This document shows, piece by piece, positions 17,985 through 25,706 of a stretch of DNA of 54,491 bases. Below the pieces are notes generated by a model. It did no database searches, had not been told where the DNA came from, and worked only from the letters and a program-made list of their open reading frames with translations. Source of the DNA: a virus (lineage: Duplodnaviria; Caudoviricetes); IMG/VR virus record IMGVR_UViG_3300024433_000007, positions 1-54,491 of that record. One strand, written 5' to 3'. The position numbers and the translations under genes were made by a program. How positions within the stretch are numbered: the stretch's first letter is position 1; each line of letters begins with the position of its first letter.

Positions 17985-18242
17985 ATGATCAGCGAAAACG
18001 AAGCATCGAAGTACGTTCATAAGGAATGGAAAAAGGTTGAGAACTTAAGGATGCACAAAGCTCTAACGATTCCTGTCAGATCGAAGCTAAGGAAGATCAA
18101 AAATGAACTTGAGAAGAGAATCATTCTTGTTGATATACTTCTCGATAAACCTATAAAGGAGGATAAAAATGGGACAAGAAGAAAAGGAAGAAATAGAAAG
18201 ATTACTTCTACAAATATCGAAGGCCGAGAGACAAAAACTTAG
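17985..18242 (+). CDS. Hypothetical basic protein
   Basis: AAGGAGGATAAAAATG start; overlaps the next gene. Confidence 0.5.
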   Translation: MISENEASKYVHKEWKKVENLRMHKALTIPVRSKLRKIKNELEKRIILVDILLDKPIKEDKNGTRRKGRNRKITSTNIEGRETKT

Positions 18243-18567
18243 AGATAGAATCTTTGGCGTACCGAAGAAGAAAAAAACATGGATCGATTTTCCAAGGGTC
18301 ACAGTCAGGTATCAAGGTGCGGCAGGATTATGTACCACAAAGAAGGCAGCTTTGCAACATCTCGGAGAGATTCTTCTTCTGGATATTGAGAAGAAATCTT
18401 CATCAACTATTAAGGCTCATGTTGTCGAAGCATTGGGTACACTGGCCGAGTTGGAGGATAACGCAGCAGAGAAAAAGGCAACGCTGATGAGAGCCGCAAA
18501 GATAGTTCTTGAGGAGGATAGATTGAGACTTTTCAATAAGGTTGCGTCATTAGCGGCTATAACATAG
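18169..18567 (+). CDS. Hypothetical protein
   Basis: AAGGAGGATAAAAATG RBS. Confidence 0.7.
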   Translation: MGQEEKEEIERLLLQISKAERQKLRDRIFGVPKKKKTWIDFPRVTVRYQGAAGLCTTKKAALQHLGEILLLDIEKKSSSTIKAHVVEALGTLAELEDNAAEKKATLMRAAKIVLEEDRLRLFNKVASLAAIT

Positions 18568-18577
18568 GAGGATAAAA

Positions 18578-19021
18578 ATGAGAACAGTAGTAAGACATAC
18601 TAGATTAGGATGCTACGATATTATGAGTCCAACAAAGAAAAGTGAGACATATACATTCTTCTTTGATACGAATGACAAGGAAAATAAGACAGTTACGTTC
18701 GACTATGGTGAAGAGAATGCTCCGCAACTCAATGTCCACGACTTTCGGGTAGACGAACTAATCGAGGAATTGGAAGGATGTATAAGTAAAAGATATTTAT
18801 TTTCAAGCTCTTACAATCATGTCGGACAGAAATCTCACGAAGAAAGGATCTACATAGCAAAGATGTTGGCAGAGGAAAATCTGCTTGATGATTTACAGGC
18901 TTATAGAGAACGCCTCTTTACCAGAAAGGATCGTCTCGATAAGCAGATAGATAGGATTAATTTAGAAATAGAAAGGTTAGATCGTGAAGTCTATGATCTA
19001 AAGGCTGAGGAGAATAAATGA
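18578..19021 (+). CDS. Hypothetical protein with C-terminal coiled coil
   Basis: RBS; heptad pattern at C-terminus. Confidence 0.7.
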   Translation: MRTVVRHTRLGCYDIMSPTKKSETYTFFFDTNDKENKTVTFDYGEENAPQLNVHDFRVDELIEELEGCISKRYLFSSSYNHVGQKSHEERIYIAKMLAEENLLDDLQAYRERLFTRKDRLDKQIDRINLEIERLDREVYDLKAEENK

Positions 19022-19116
19022 AACCGTCAACCTTTAGATTGAATCGGAGGAAAGGAGGGTAAATGATATCCGATCCAAAAATAATATTAACATCAATAAA
19101 CTAAAGGAGTAACATA

Positions 19117-19392
19117 ATGAAAAAACTTACAGTAGAAGTAAAGAGCAAGGGCACTGTCGTTGATACAGTTACAGTATCAAAGTATGAGACCATCAAGGAA
19201 GCTACGGATGCTATCGGAGCAGAAACAGCATTGGCTCATATCAACAAGTGTGTATCTGACGGTGTTACCAATGCAGCCCGTGCCGCAAAGGTGCGTCCAT
19301 CTACACCTCAGGCACAGCTTACACGGATGGCCAAAGCTGATCCAAAGGTCAAGGCCGAGATCGATGCTCTTATTGCGAAGTACCAGAAGTGA
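19117..19392 (+). CDS. Basic protein, paralogue of 7512-7826
   Basis: Shared VEV.K..G.V / K.AT / IN..N..R / QAQ / EI.AL..K[WY] pattern. Confidence 0.8.
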   Translation: MKKLTVEVKSKGTVVDTVTVSKYETIKEATDAIGAETALAHINKCVSDGVTNAARAAKVRPSTPQAQLTRMAKADPKVKAEIDALIAKYQK

Positions 19393-19403
19393 GATCCTGG
19401 TAA

Positions 19404-19434
19404 GGAGTAGCCATCTTAAGTGGATGGCTACTCC
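19404..19434 (+). terminator. 12-bp hairpin, terminator or processing site
   Basis: GGAGTAGCCATC/GATGGCTACTCC, weak U-tract. Confidence 0.55.
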
Positions 19435-19511
19435 ACTTCTCAAACTTCATATTTTCAGTCGGTGAAATTACGAAGATACAATCAATACATAATCCAACAA
19501 AGGAACAAAAA

Positions 19512-19679
19512 ATGATCCCTTTTTTAATAAGAGACGTACCCTCACAGCTCCACACGGAGTGGGCATTCTTTGCAAAACTTAGAGGAATGAGTATGAGGAA
19601 GTACGTTCTACATGCTTTGTATACGCTGATAGAAAAAGACAAGGAGAATGTTCCTTTGAAGAAGGGAGCACTCAAATGA
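19512..19679 (+). CDS. Ribbon-helix-helix (Arc-like) DNA-binding protein
   Basis: FLIRDVPSQLH..AKLRGMSMRKYVLHAL; ATGA overlap with next gene; below the ORF-track length cutoff. Confidence 0.7.
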   Translation: MIPFLIRDVPSQLHTEWAFFAKLRGMSMRKYVLHALYTLIEKDKENVPLKKGALK

Positions 19680-19942
19680 CCAAAGTAGTTCACTGCAAAA
19701 AAGAAGCCTATGATGTCTATATAAGAAGACCCTCGAAGTGGAGTAATCCTTTTAAGATTCCCTGGGATGGTTCCAGAGAAGATGTTATAAACAAATATGA
19801 AGCCTACATTATGTCCCATCCAGATCTTATTAATTCACTCCCAGAGCTTCAAGGAAAGATTCTCGGCTGCTGGTGCAAGCCAAAAGCCTGTCATGGAGAT
19901 ATCTTGGTTAGAATGATAGAGGATGAGATTTGGCTTAAATGA
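19676..19942 (+). CDS. DUF4326 family protein
   Basis: VVHCKKEAYDVYI.RPSKW.NPF..LGCWCKPKACHGDIL. Confidence 0.88.
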   Translation: MTKVVHCKKEAYDVYIRRPSKWSNPFKIPWDGSREDVINKYEAYIMSHPDLINSLPELQGKILGCWCKPKACHGDILVRMIEDEIWLK

Positions 19943-19955
19943 GAGGATTATCTAA

Positions 19956-20159
19956 ATGAGCGCAGATACTTTTAACATAGGAAAGGCCACAAAGGAGCAA
20001 CTTGAGGAATGGCTAAAAGATTTAAGAGAACAGCGTAAGAAAGGCTATGAAGCTCCTAAAAAAACATCAAAGAAGAAATCAGTTAATCCTTTCGAGGGTC
20101 TCGATCCGGAAGTTGCAGAAAAGGTTTTGAGAGACATGATGAAAGGAGATGGAGGATAA
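19956..20159 (+). CDS. Hypothetical protein
   Basis: ORF with RBS. Confidence 0.65.
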   Translation: MSADTFNIGKATKEQLEEWLKDLREQRKKGYEAPKKTSKKKSVNPFEGLDPEVAEKVLRDMMKGDGG

Positions 20160-20162
20160 ATT

Positions 20163-20423
20163 ATGCAATCAATACATTCAATATTACTTACAGGTGGAAC
20201 CATAGGCTTCGCTGTCGGGATAATTGCAGCAACCTTATTACTTGCATGGGGAAAGAAGAATACCTTCAAAAGATTGAGGGATATAGTAGGAGCAGGGTGG
20301 GAGATACGTTTAGAAGCTATAAGACAGAAATATTGCAAGATGCATCTTTCCTATCGTGACCCTTTTCCTTCGGAAGATATAAATTTCCTGCTTCAAGTAA
20401 TAGATATAATAAGGAAGAATTAA
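20163..20423 (+). CDS. Single-TM membrane protein
   Basis: N-terminal hydrophobic helix. Confidence 0.65.
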   Translation: MQSIHSILLTGGTIGFAVGIIAATLLLAWGKKNTFKRLRDIVGAGWEIRLEAIRQKYCKMHLSYRDPFPSEDINFLLQVIDIIRKN

Positions 20424-20440
20424 TACAAAAGGAGGATAAA

Positions 20441-20659
20441 ATGAGTTGCCAGGAATGCGAAAAAGTTAAATCTGTTTTAGCTAGATTAGTTAATTTGTAT
20501 GTTGCGAATATTGGAACAGATAGTGAATTTATAGCTTGTATAACACCTAAATCCGGAATGTCATACTTTCAACGTAGACGATCCGCTGTCTGGTCTGCAT
20601 GGGATGATGCAAGAGCTATCTTAGGCGGTAAGTATACAGCTGAAAAAGGAACGGACTAA
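20441..20659 (+). CDS. Hypothetical protein
   Basis: GGAGGATAAAATG RBS. Confidence 0.65.
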   Translation: MSCQECEKVKSVLARLVNLYVANIGTDSEFIACITPKSGMSYFQRRRSAVWSAWDDARAILGGKYTAEKGTD

Positions 20660-20660
20660 T

Positions 20661-21536
20661 ATGGAAGAACGTGAATTCTCCTTTTCTAAAATCCTTACTT
20701 ATAGTACCTGCCCTGAAAAGTACCACCTCTGTTATGGCAATCCGAGAATACTTCCTGTCCAAAAACCCAAACCTCTCGCAATGGGATCTTGCTTGGCAAA
20801 GGGTTTTGAAGGATACCGCACTACAGGCACCTTGAAAGGCGCATCTGATGCCTTCCAAAAAGAATGGATAAAAGATGGCAAGGTGCTTGGTATAAGACCC
20901 GATCCGAACAATCCAAAAGATTTCCGTACTGTCGAGAGAGGGTTAGAAATAATGAAAGATTACATTCGTCAGTATCCAAATGATAAGGATCAAATGATCG
21001 AGCCAGAAGTTAGATTTCGCCTTAAGATAGGTGAGATCAATGGAACTGCTATCTTCCTTGTCGGAAGGATCGACGGTGTATTTCTTCTTGGGAAAGATAT
21101 CTGTGTTATTGAGGATAAAAGCACAGCTGCACTCGGCCCTACATATCTACAAAATCTTCGAGATTCTCTACAGATTGGACTTTATCTTTATGCCGCTGAA
21201 AGAGATGGGCTTTTCGATGTTGGAGGTAAAAAGAAAACTCCGAAATGTCTAATGAGTGTGGTTAAGGTTCATCCAAAAGAATTTAAATATGACAGAGACC
21301 TTGCAATCAAATCGAGATCCAGTCTTGAGAAGTATAAAGACAACGCCATGGATTGGATCAGGAGAATAATGTCGTCGGAGGAAACCGGAGTTTTTCCCAA
21401 GAATGATGCAGATAACTTGACTTGTACTAAGTATGGAGGATGCGAGTATTTGCCCCTAAGATATACAGAGGGAAGTATTCGAGAAAGACTTTTGAAGAAT
21501 GAATATAAGATTTTAGATGGAAAGGAGAAAAACTGA
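20661..21536 (+). CDS. PD-(D/E)xK Cas4/RecB-like exonuclease
   Basis: SFSKI..CP..; E..GRIDG..IEDKST..Q..Y; C-terminal C..GGCEY. Confidence 0.88.
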   Translation: MEEREFSFSKILTYSTCPEKYHLCYGNPRILPVQKPKPLAMGSCLAKGFEGYRTTGTLKGASDAFQKEWIKDGKVLGIRPDPNNPKDFRTVERGLEIMKDYIRQYPNDKDQMIEPEVRFRLKIGEINGTAIFLVGRIDGVFLLGKDICVIEDKSTAALGPTYLQNLRDSLQIGLYLYAAERDGLFDVGGKKKTPKCLMSVVKVHPKEFKYDRDLAIKSRSSLEKYKDNAMDWIRRIMSSEETGVFPKNDADNLTCTKYGGCEYLPLRYTEGSIRERLLKNEYKILDGKEKN

Positions 21537-21749
21537 GTGGCCGATTTATCACAAACTAATGATTTTCTCTGCTGGCTAAAAAATATACATCCTGAAATAC
21601 ATCTTTTACCTTGGCAGGAAGATTTTGTAGGAATGTTCTTTAAAAACAAGGAAAGAGAAACATGGAATAAACATCTTTTAGTTACACCTCTTTTAACAGG
21701 CAGAACTTTCATTAAAAACCTAATTAGTGAATTTGAAAGGAGGATATAA
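21537..21749 (+). CDS. Hypothetical protein
   Basis: Abutting ORF. Confidence 0.55.
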   Translation: MADLSQTNDFLCWLKNIHPEIHLLPWQEDFVGMFFKNKERETWNKHLLVTPLLTGRTFIKNLISEFERRI

Positions 21750-22169
21750 ATGCCAGCACAAAATGATATGGAAGATCTCTACTTAACGAATCTTCAATAT
21801 GTAGAGATTCTTCTCAAGATCCAAAAGGTAGTTAATGCACCAGATTTTCAACCAACCTTCTATGACTGTACTGAGCCAGGAAATCATCATACTGACTCAA
21901 ACTGCGGATTCTGCAACGAGGGTTTTACAACTAAAGAAACAGCCTACTTTCCTGAATACTTTCCAAGCAGAACATCAATGAAGTACCGCCAAGATCACCA
22001 TCGCTGCCCTTTTGATATGGGGCCAGCAGGAATCCTAGGTTGGGGATCGGGATGCTTTTATAGATGCTATCTTTTCAACAATAAGGAACATGATATAGAT
22101 CTTATGAGAAGGATGGTAAGTAATCTTATTGAGGATGGAAACTTTTATGGAGAAACGGAAGGAGAATAA
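21750..22169 (+). CDS. Cys-rich hypothetical protein
   Basis: CGFC..CPFD..GCFYRC. Confidence 0.7.
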   Translation: MPAQNDMEDLYLTNLQYVEILLKIQKVVNAPDFQPTFYDCTEPGNHHTDSNCGFCNEGFTTKETAYFPEYFPSRTSMKYRQDHHRCPFDMGPAGILGWGSGCFYRCYLFNNKEHDIDLMRRMVSNLIEDGNFYGETEGE

Positions 22170-22955
22170 ATGAATTTTTTACTGATATCGCCTCCAGGTG
22201 GAGGTAAAACAACATCTGCCTGTTCAGGCAGACATCCGACGTTGATCGTAGATGTCGATGGTAAAGCTCATGAAATGATGAACATCAAACCTCTAATTGA
22301 TAAAGGCGATGTTGTAGTCAAAGCCTTTGAAGATCGCCTTGTCGAGGATAAGATGTCGTATCGAGCACTTCATCCTGATGAACCTCCGAAGAAGCAGCCC
22401 ACAGGTTTCATCTCTGTCGTAGATTTTCTAAATGAAATCCTCGATGGCAGTGCCGAGCTTGACAAATTCAATACTGTTGTTTTGGATTCACTAACAAGAT
22501 TGAGCGAGCACCTGAAAAGCCTTCTGGTCTATCTTCGTGGACAAGGGAAGTTCGGAAAGAAGATTGAGGGCGACTTAAACTGGCCAAGTTGGGGATCATA
22601 CTTGAAAAACTGGGAGGAATTATTCTCCAACATGTGTACCTACTTTCAGAGGGACTTTATCTGTACAGCTCATCTAAAGATTATGACAGAAAATACAACT
22701 ATGATGGTAGGGCCTCAAGTTGTTGAGACGGAGGTCGTAGTAGGCTATAAACCTCTCATTGATGGACAGATGCGAGACAAACTTTCCGGATACTTTAATG
22801 AATGTTATTTTCTAGAGGCTAAAACTTCAGGGAAAAATCCTAAGTATCAGTTTCGTACAAGGGGAACAAAATACGACGCAAGAACATCATTACCACTTGA
22901 TGAGTTCGAGGATGCAGATATTATGAAGATATTAAGGAAGGCAGGAATCTCATAA
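22170..22955 (+). CDS. AAA_24/Sak4-like ATPase recombinase
   Basis: PPGGGKTT Walker A, VVLDSLT Walker B, ICTAH motif; context between exonuclease and SSB. Confidence 0.85.
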   Translation: MNFLLISPPGGGKTTSACSGRHPTLIVDVDGKAHEMMNIKPLIDKGDVVVKAFEDRLVEDKMSYRALHPDEPPKKQPTGFISVVDFLNEILDGSAELDKFNTVVLDSLTRLSEHLKSLLVYLRGQGKFGKKIEGDLNWPSWGSYLKNWEELFSNMCTYFQRDFICTAHLKIMTENTTMMVGPQVVETEVVVGYKPLIDGQMRDKLSGYFNECYFLEAKTSGKNPKYQFRTRGTKYDARTSLPLDEFEDADIMKILRKAGIS

Positions 22956-22959
22956 AGAA

Positions 22960-23112
22960 ATGAAAAAAGAAATGTGTAAAATCTGCGAAGGGAAAAAATA
23001 CATAAAATATTTTTTGGAGTGTGATGATGCCCCAAGTATAGCATGCCCAAAGTGCAATGGCGGAAGTTGGAAAAAATATAGATATTATGAAAAGCGCATA
23101 AGAAAAATCTAA
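22960..23112 (+). CDS. Cassette 1: CxxC..CxxC zinc-finger protein (50 aa)
   Basis: MKKEMCKICEG..ACPKCNGG; stop TAA lies within the R'' box ATCTAAC. Confidence 0.65.
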   Translation: MKKEMCKICEGKKYIKYFLECDDAPSIACPKCNGGSWKKYRYYEKRIRKI

Positions 23113-23163
23113 CAAGCCTCATGCATCCGACCCCCAAAGTTGCGGCTGATTGAGGCGTTAGGA
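23107..23163 (+). other. attC site 1
   Basis: ATCTAAC-AAGCCTC-ATGCATCCGAC...GCGGCTGAT-TGAGGC-GTTAGGA. Confidence 0.8.
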
Positions 23164-23169
23164 GGAAAT

Positions 23170-23367
23170 ATGTTAATAATTCTAATGTATGTTGTTATGG
23201 CGTTCATTATTTTTATGTGCGTTGATACCGTGCTTTATGTAAAAGCCCCATGGCCTGAACGTACAAAACACTTTTATTATAAATTGCCTGGTGGAGGAAT
23301 AGTGGCATATTTCCACCTATCAAGCACACAGAACCGACCGCAAAAGCCAAGCAAGATTGAAGAGTAG
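23170..23367 (+). CDS. Cassette 2: membrane protein
   Basis: AGGAGG RBS formed from R'; N-terminal TM helix. Confidence 0.65.
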   Translation: MLIILMYVVMAFIIFMCVDTVLYVKAPWPERTKHFYYKLPGGGIVAYFHLSSTQNRPQKPSKIEE

Positions 23368-23396
23368 TCTGTGTGCGGCTGATTAGGGCGTTAGAT
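23315..23396 (+). other. attC site 2 (degenerate R'')
   Basis: ACCTATC-AAG..CCGACCGCA...TGCGGCTGAT-TAGGGC-GTTAGAT. Confidence 0.65.
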
Positions 23397-23404
23397 TTTT
23401 TGTT

Positions 23405-23554
23405 ATGAAAATATCCATATCTTGTCCAGTATGCAGAATTAAATATTGTCTACTTCGTGATGGCATACAATTTATTTGTACGTCATGTGGAAGCTCTTTT
23501 TCTTTTGACGATTTACGCAAAAAATCTAACAAGGCCATCGAGCCGACCCGATAA
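23405..23554 (+). CDS. Cassette 3: zinc-ribbon protein (49 aa)
   Basis: MKISISCPVC..FICTSCGSSF..; runs into attC3. Confidence 0.6.
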   Translation: MKISISCPVCRIKYCLLRDGIQFICTSCGSSFSFDDLRKKSNKAIEPTR

Positions 23555-23582
23555 ATCGTGCGGCTCATAGGCAGCGTTAGAT
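23524..23582 (+). other. attC site 3
   Basis: ATCTAAC-AAGGC-CATCGAGCCGAC...GCGGCTCAT-AGGCAGC-GTTAGAT, canonical layout. Confidence 0.88.
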
Positions 23583-23599
23583 TTTTAGGAGATATAAAA

Positions 23600-23779
23600 A
23601 TGAAATATAGAAATTCAGTATCATTAGAAGAATGGTTCGAAAGAGCGAGAAGAGGAACATCTGGTGATATGGTATTTGATATTCTTTCCGATTGGAAATT
23701 AGATCGAGATGAATTACTTAAACAAATAAAAAATCTAATCAGTAAATCCAGCCGACAGGATAAACCTGCGGCTGATTAG
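23600..23779 (+). CDS. Cassette 4: hypothetical protein
   Basis: AGGAGA RBS; reads through attC4. Confidence 0.65.
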   Translation: MKYRNSVSLEEWFERARRGTSGDMVFDILSDWKLDRDELLKQIKNLISKSSRQDKPAAD

Positions 23780-23789
23780 GGCGTTAGGC
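23733..23789 (+). other. attC site 4
   Basis: ATCTAAT..ATCCAGCCG-A-CAGG-ATAAA-CCTG-CGGCTGAT-TAGGGC-GTTAGGC. Confidence 0.82.
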
Positions 23790-23794
23790 AGAAA

Positions 23795-24037
23795 ATGAAA
23801 GAATTATCACAAGCGGATAAAATAGCTATTGAAGTTGCAGGTATATCCATTGGTGATTTACCTAAAGGTTGTCATAATTTTTGCATATTAATTTGGAAAG
23901 TCTTTAATCTGGGCAGAGAGTATGAAAAAGCATTTTCTGCCCAACAAGCCAATAGAGCTGACTGTGAGATACCAGGCGAATTAGACATCTGCAAAACCTG
24001 TGCTGCAAAGAAATTATTTGATGAATCTTTGAAATAA
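23795..24037 (+). CDS. Cassette 5: hypothetical protein containing a half attC
   Basis: Starts right after R'; internal GCCCAAC-AAGCC-AATAGAGCTGAC at 23939. Confidence 0.6.
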   Translation: MKELSQADKIAIEVAGISIGDLPKGCHNFCILIWKVFNLGREYEKAFSAQQANRADCEIPGELDICKTCAAKKLFDESLK

Positions 24038-24125
24038 GCCCGCCCGTTGGATAGGCCAACAAGCTGAATAAACGTCTTCATTCGACCAGCTAAAGGCGGG
24101 CTAAACCTAAAAGAAAGGAGTAATT

Positions 24126-24311
24126 ATGTGTAATAATCCAGCAAAGTACAGATATACTTGGCCTGGAACAGATGAAGCATTCATTTGCGAAGATCATGTT
24201 GATAGACTTCGAGGAATAGCAAATGTGATAGGGCTGCACCTTCAAGTTATTTTATTAACAAAAGAAGAACTGATGGTAGAGTTGATTTGTAATCAGAAAG
24301 ATAGTCCATAG
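24126..24311 (+). CDS. Small Cys/His protein
   Basis: CNNPAKYRYTWPG..CEDH. Confidence 0.7.
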   Translation: MCNNPAKYRYTWPGTDEAFICEDHVDRLRGIANVIGLHLQVILLTKEELMVELICNQKDSP

Positions 24312-24334
24312 ATCACCATAAGAAAGGATCAACT

Positions 24335-24952
24335 ATGAAAAAATTATTCGTTTTTTTATTCTTATTAATCCTGATTTCAATTACTCCAGCCAATGCCTTT
24401 GAATTAGAAGTCAAAGGATCGCAGATGATTTATAATGACAAAGAGACAAAGGCTGGTCCTGGCATTGAATTAAAGGTTAAGATAAATGATCTATATGGTT
24501 ATCTATCAGAAAGCCGAATCTGGCTCTATGGAGACTGGATAAGGCTTAACGGGTTTGGGGTAGGTTTTGAGTATTCAATTACAAAGAGGATCTCCTTTTG
24601 GTCTCAAATTGGATACTATGTACCTGATTATAGAGAAGACCAGTTTTGTATTGAACAGTTAGGGGGATACCAGAATAAGTATTTGGCTGGAGTTGCTGAT
24701 ACACCCACTTGGTGGCCGAGGTACACTGCTAACTGGGCAAGCGACTTTGGTGGTGAGCTTGGGATTGACTATCATCGGCGAATCTATTGGAAAATTTCAT
24801 TTGGAGGCTTTATTAGCTATCGTTGCCTACGTTTAAACGAAATGGTAACGAGCTATAAAGAGATAGACAGTGACGACGTTGCCTGGTTCGTAGAACAGAA
24901 CCGAGGCTTCGGCGGCTTCAAAGTAGGATTCCAAATATCATACGAATTTTAA
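24335..24952 (+). CDS. Outer-membrane beta-barrel protein
   Basis: Signal peptide ending PANA-F; alternating amphipathic strands; C-terminal GFQISYEF. Confidence 0.75.
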   Translation: MKKLFVFLFLLILISITPANAFELEVKGSQMIYNDKETKAGPGIELKVKINDLYGYLSESRIWLYGDWIRLNGFGVGFEYSITKRISFWSQIGYYVPDYREDQFCIEQLGGYQNKYLAGVADTPTWWPRYTANWASDFGGELGIDYHRRIYWKISFGGFISYRCLRLNEMVTSYKEIDSDDVAWFVEQNRGFGGFKVGFQISYEF

Positions 24953-25043
24953 GAAGGAAAGTTATGAAAGGAGGTGAATCGCAAAGCACACCAGGCTAAG
25001 GAAAGTATTATCAACTATTAACTTTAAATGAAAGGAAAGTCTG

Positions 25044-25418
25044 ATGACAAGAATAAACGTGCATCTTGACGATGTTGAAAGTGGGTTCGAGTTATTCCCT
25101 GATGGCACTCATCTCGTCACAATTCAACCATCTTCAAAGTTGAAGAAGTCCGATGCAGGAGCCTACATCCAAGTCATTTCCAAGTGCGATGAGGGCGAGA
25201 TGGAAGGAAAGATGATTGGATGGAACTGTTCTCTGCTTCCACAAAGCCTCTGGGTTTTGAAGAGCATGCTCGAAGCTCTCGGTCAGAAATGGGATGAGGA
25301 TGGATTTGAGCTTGAAGATATTTTCGAGCAGCAGCTGATGATAGATGTTACCTCAAGAGAGTATCCGGAAGGAAGTGGAGAGTATCGGAATCAGGTTGAT
25401 GGTTATCATGCAGCGTAA
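25044..25418 (+). CDS. Single-stranded DNA-binding protein (DUF669-like)
   Basis: FELFPDGTH..V.I; LWVLKSMLEALG; EY..RNQV pattern; Sak4 module context. Confidence 0.75.
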   Translation: MTRINVHLDDVESGFELFPDGTHLVTIQPSSKLKKSDAGAYIQVISKCDEGEMEGKMIGWNCSLLPQSLWVLKSMLEALGQKWDEDGFELEDIFEQQLMIDVTSREYPEGSGEYRNQVDGYHAA

Positions 25419-25424
25419 GTAGTT

Positions 25425-25547
25425 TGGGAGAGTGGCGGTATGATAAGTGTCCTAACAGAACCTATCATTATTGATGCACGGATGGCGGAACGTTACGTCA
25501 TCTGTGGAGAGCTCGCACACGGTGTTGAGTAACCTCTCACTCTCCCA
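25425..25547 (+). ncRNA. Putative four-way-junction structured RNA
   Basis: Perfect 10-bp closing stem TGGGAGAGTG/CACTCTCCCA enclosing three hairpins, one of 11 bp with two GU pairs. Confidence 0.5.
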
Positions 25548-25706
25548 TCATCCAAATTTCCAAAGTCATTTTACAGTTTTTTAAACCGTGAAAAAACCTT
25601 TTCTGGCCGCCAAACGCCCGTCCCGTGCGGCTTTCACAAGGCCACTAAGGGCATAGCCTTAAAAACCTTTTAACTTACCACGTGTGGCCTATTTTGGCCT
25701 TTTAAA

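Larger units (their letters stand above)
22960..24037 (+). mobile_element. Integron gene-cassette array without integrase (CALIN), 5 cassettes
   Basis: Four attC sites plus one half site separating short co-oriented ORFs. Confidence 0.8.

Noticed and set aside
23383-23568. Minus-strand 61-aa ORF in the cassette array
   Set aside because: The plus-strand zinc-ribbon ORF 23405-23554 fits cassette orientation and boundaries better.
25425-25547. Canonical tRNA
   Set aside because: Too long, 10-bp closing stem, no TTCRA T-loop.
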